Of a stretch of DNA of 61,766 nt, positions 61,100-61,766 are shown one piece after another; within the stretch, counting starts at the first letter, position 1, and each line of letters begins with the position of its first letter. Made by a program: the position numbers and the translations under genes. Origin of the DNA: Lysinibacillus sp. (GTDB lineage Bacteria; Bacillota; Bacilli; Bacillales_A; Planococcaceae). Under the pieces are notes generated by a model, which was given only the letters and a program-made list of their open reading frames with translations, did no database searches and was not told where the DNA came from. Location: NCBI GenBank assembly GCA_045605545.1, contig JAZUQF010000186.1, forward strand, positions 1 through 61,766, given 5' to 3'.

Positions 61100-61766
61100 T
61101 AGACTTAGAAGACCGGATACCCACATTCAGGAAGAAGCGCAGAAGAAGGACCAATTTCAAATTCATCATACTGACAGCATTGTTCCTTTTTCTGTTGCTG
61201 TTGCTCCTCTACTTCCAGTCCCCGTATAGCGAAATCAAGAAAATCGATATTACGGGTGCTGAGTTGGTAGACGGTACATACTATGAAGAGCTCTCCGGCC
61301 TGAATAAAGGGGATTCCATGTGGAATATAGACAGTGGAGCCATCACCAAGCGTCTAGAAGAGCTGGAATGGGTAAAGTCTGCGGAAGTGGGGCGGAAATG
61401 GCTGGGCACGGTAGTCATTAAGGTGGATGAATGGCAGAAGGTAGCCTACCTGGCACAGGATCATGCATTTTATCCGATGTTGGAAAATGGTGTTCTGTTT
61501 AAAGAAGTGAACGAAAAGTCGCCGATTGATGCGCCGATTTTTCATGAATTTGAGGATGAAGGACTGCGCAAGCGTCTGCTGAAGGAGCTTGCAAAGCTGA
61601 ATCCGGAGGTGGTTGCGCTTATTTCCCAAATCAATGCAACCTCGTCCTCTGCCAATCCATATGCCATTACGTTGTTTATGAATGATGGCTATGAGGTGAG
61701 GGCGGAAATTACATCGCTTGCCGAAAAACTGAATTATTACCCTTCCATCATCGCCCAAATTGAAAG
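61087..61766 (+). CDS. divIB: Cell division protein DivIB/FtsQ (3' part outside window)
   Basis: Not in ORF track; TTG after GAGGAGG: MEKVIDLEDRIPTFRKKRRRRTNFKF-TM-YFQSPYS...FMNDGYEV...KLNYYPSII. Confidence 0.92.
   Translation, partial: MEKVIDLEDRIPTFRKKRRRRTNFKFIILTALFLFLLLLLLYFQSPYSEIKKIDITGAELVDGTYYEELSGLNKGDSMWNIDSGAITKRLEELEWVKSAEVGRKWLGTVVIKVDEWQKVAYLAQDHAFYPMLENGVLFKEVNEKSPIDAPIFHEFEDEGLRKRLLKELAKLNPEVVALISQINATSSSANPYAITLFMNDGYEVRAEITSLAEKLNYYPSIIAQIE

Overview
Core chromosomal segment of a spore-forming Bacillales bacterium, probably Caryophanaceae/Planococcaceae (Lysinibacillus/Solibacillus-like; inferred from gene order and protein style). It is syntenic with the B. subtilis speA-ykt-yla-pycA-cta-ylb-bshC-mraZ-dcw region. 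Departures from that backbone: (1) a 951-bp AT-rich, transposase-less cassette (19481-20431) with 27-bp terminal inverted repeats and a 9-bp target duplication, inserted into the shared pyc/ctaA terminator and carrying a lipoprotein gene and its own terminators; (2) a heavily decayed ctaB pseudogene between intact ctaA and ctaCDEF; (3) a cysH-cysP-sat-cysC operon with a CymR-like box and a non-canonical structured leader, separating ctaF from ctaG; (4) a divergent murE outside a dcw cluster that lacks murE, murG and murB; (5) a GDPD homologue with altered catalytic motifs; (6) a REP-like repeat after rpmF; (7) a SigK-type NitT/TauT ABC operon between ylaH and ylaI. No rRNA, tRNA, CRISPR array, integrase or transposase was seen. 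Calls come from reading the sequence and recalled family motifs; no searches were run.
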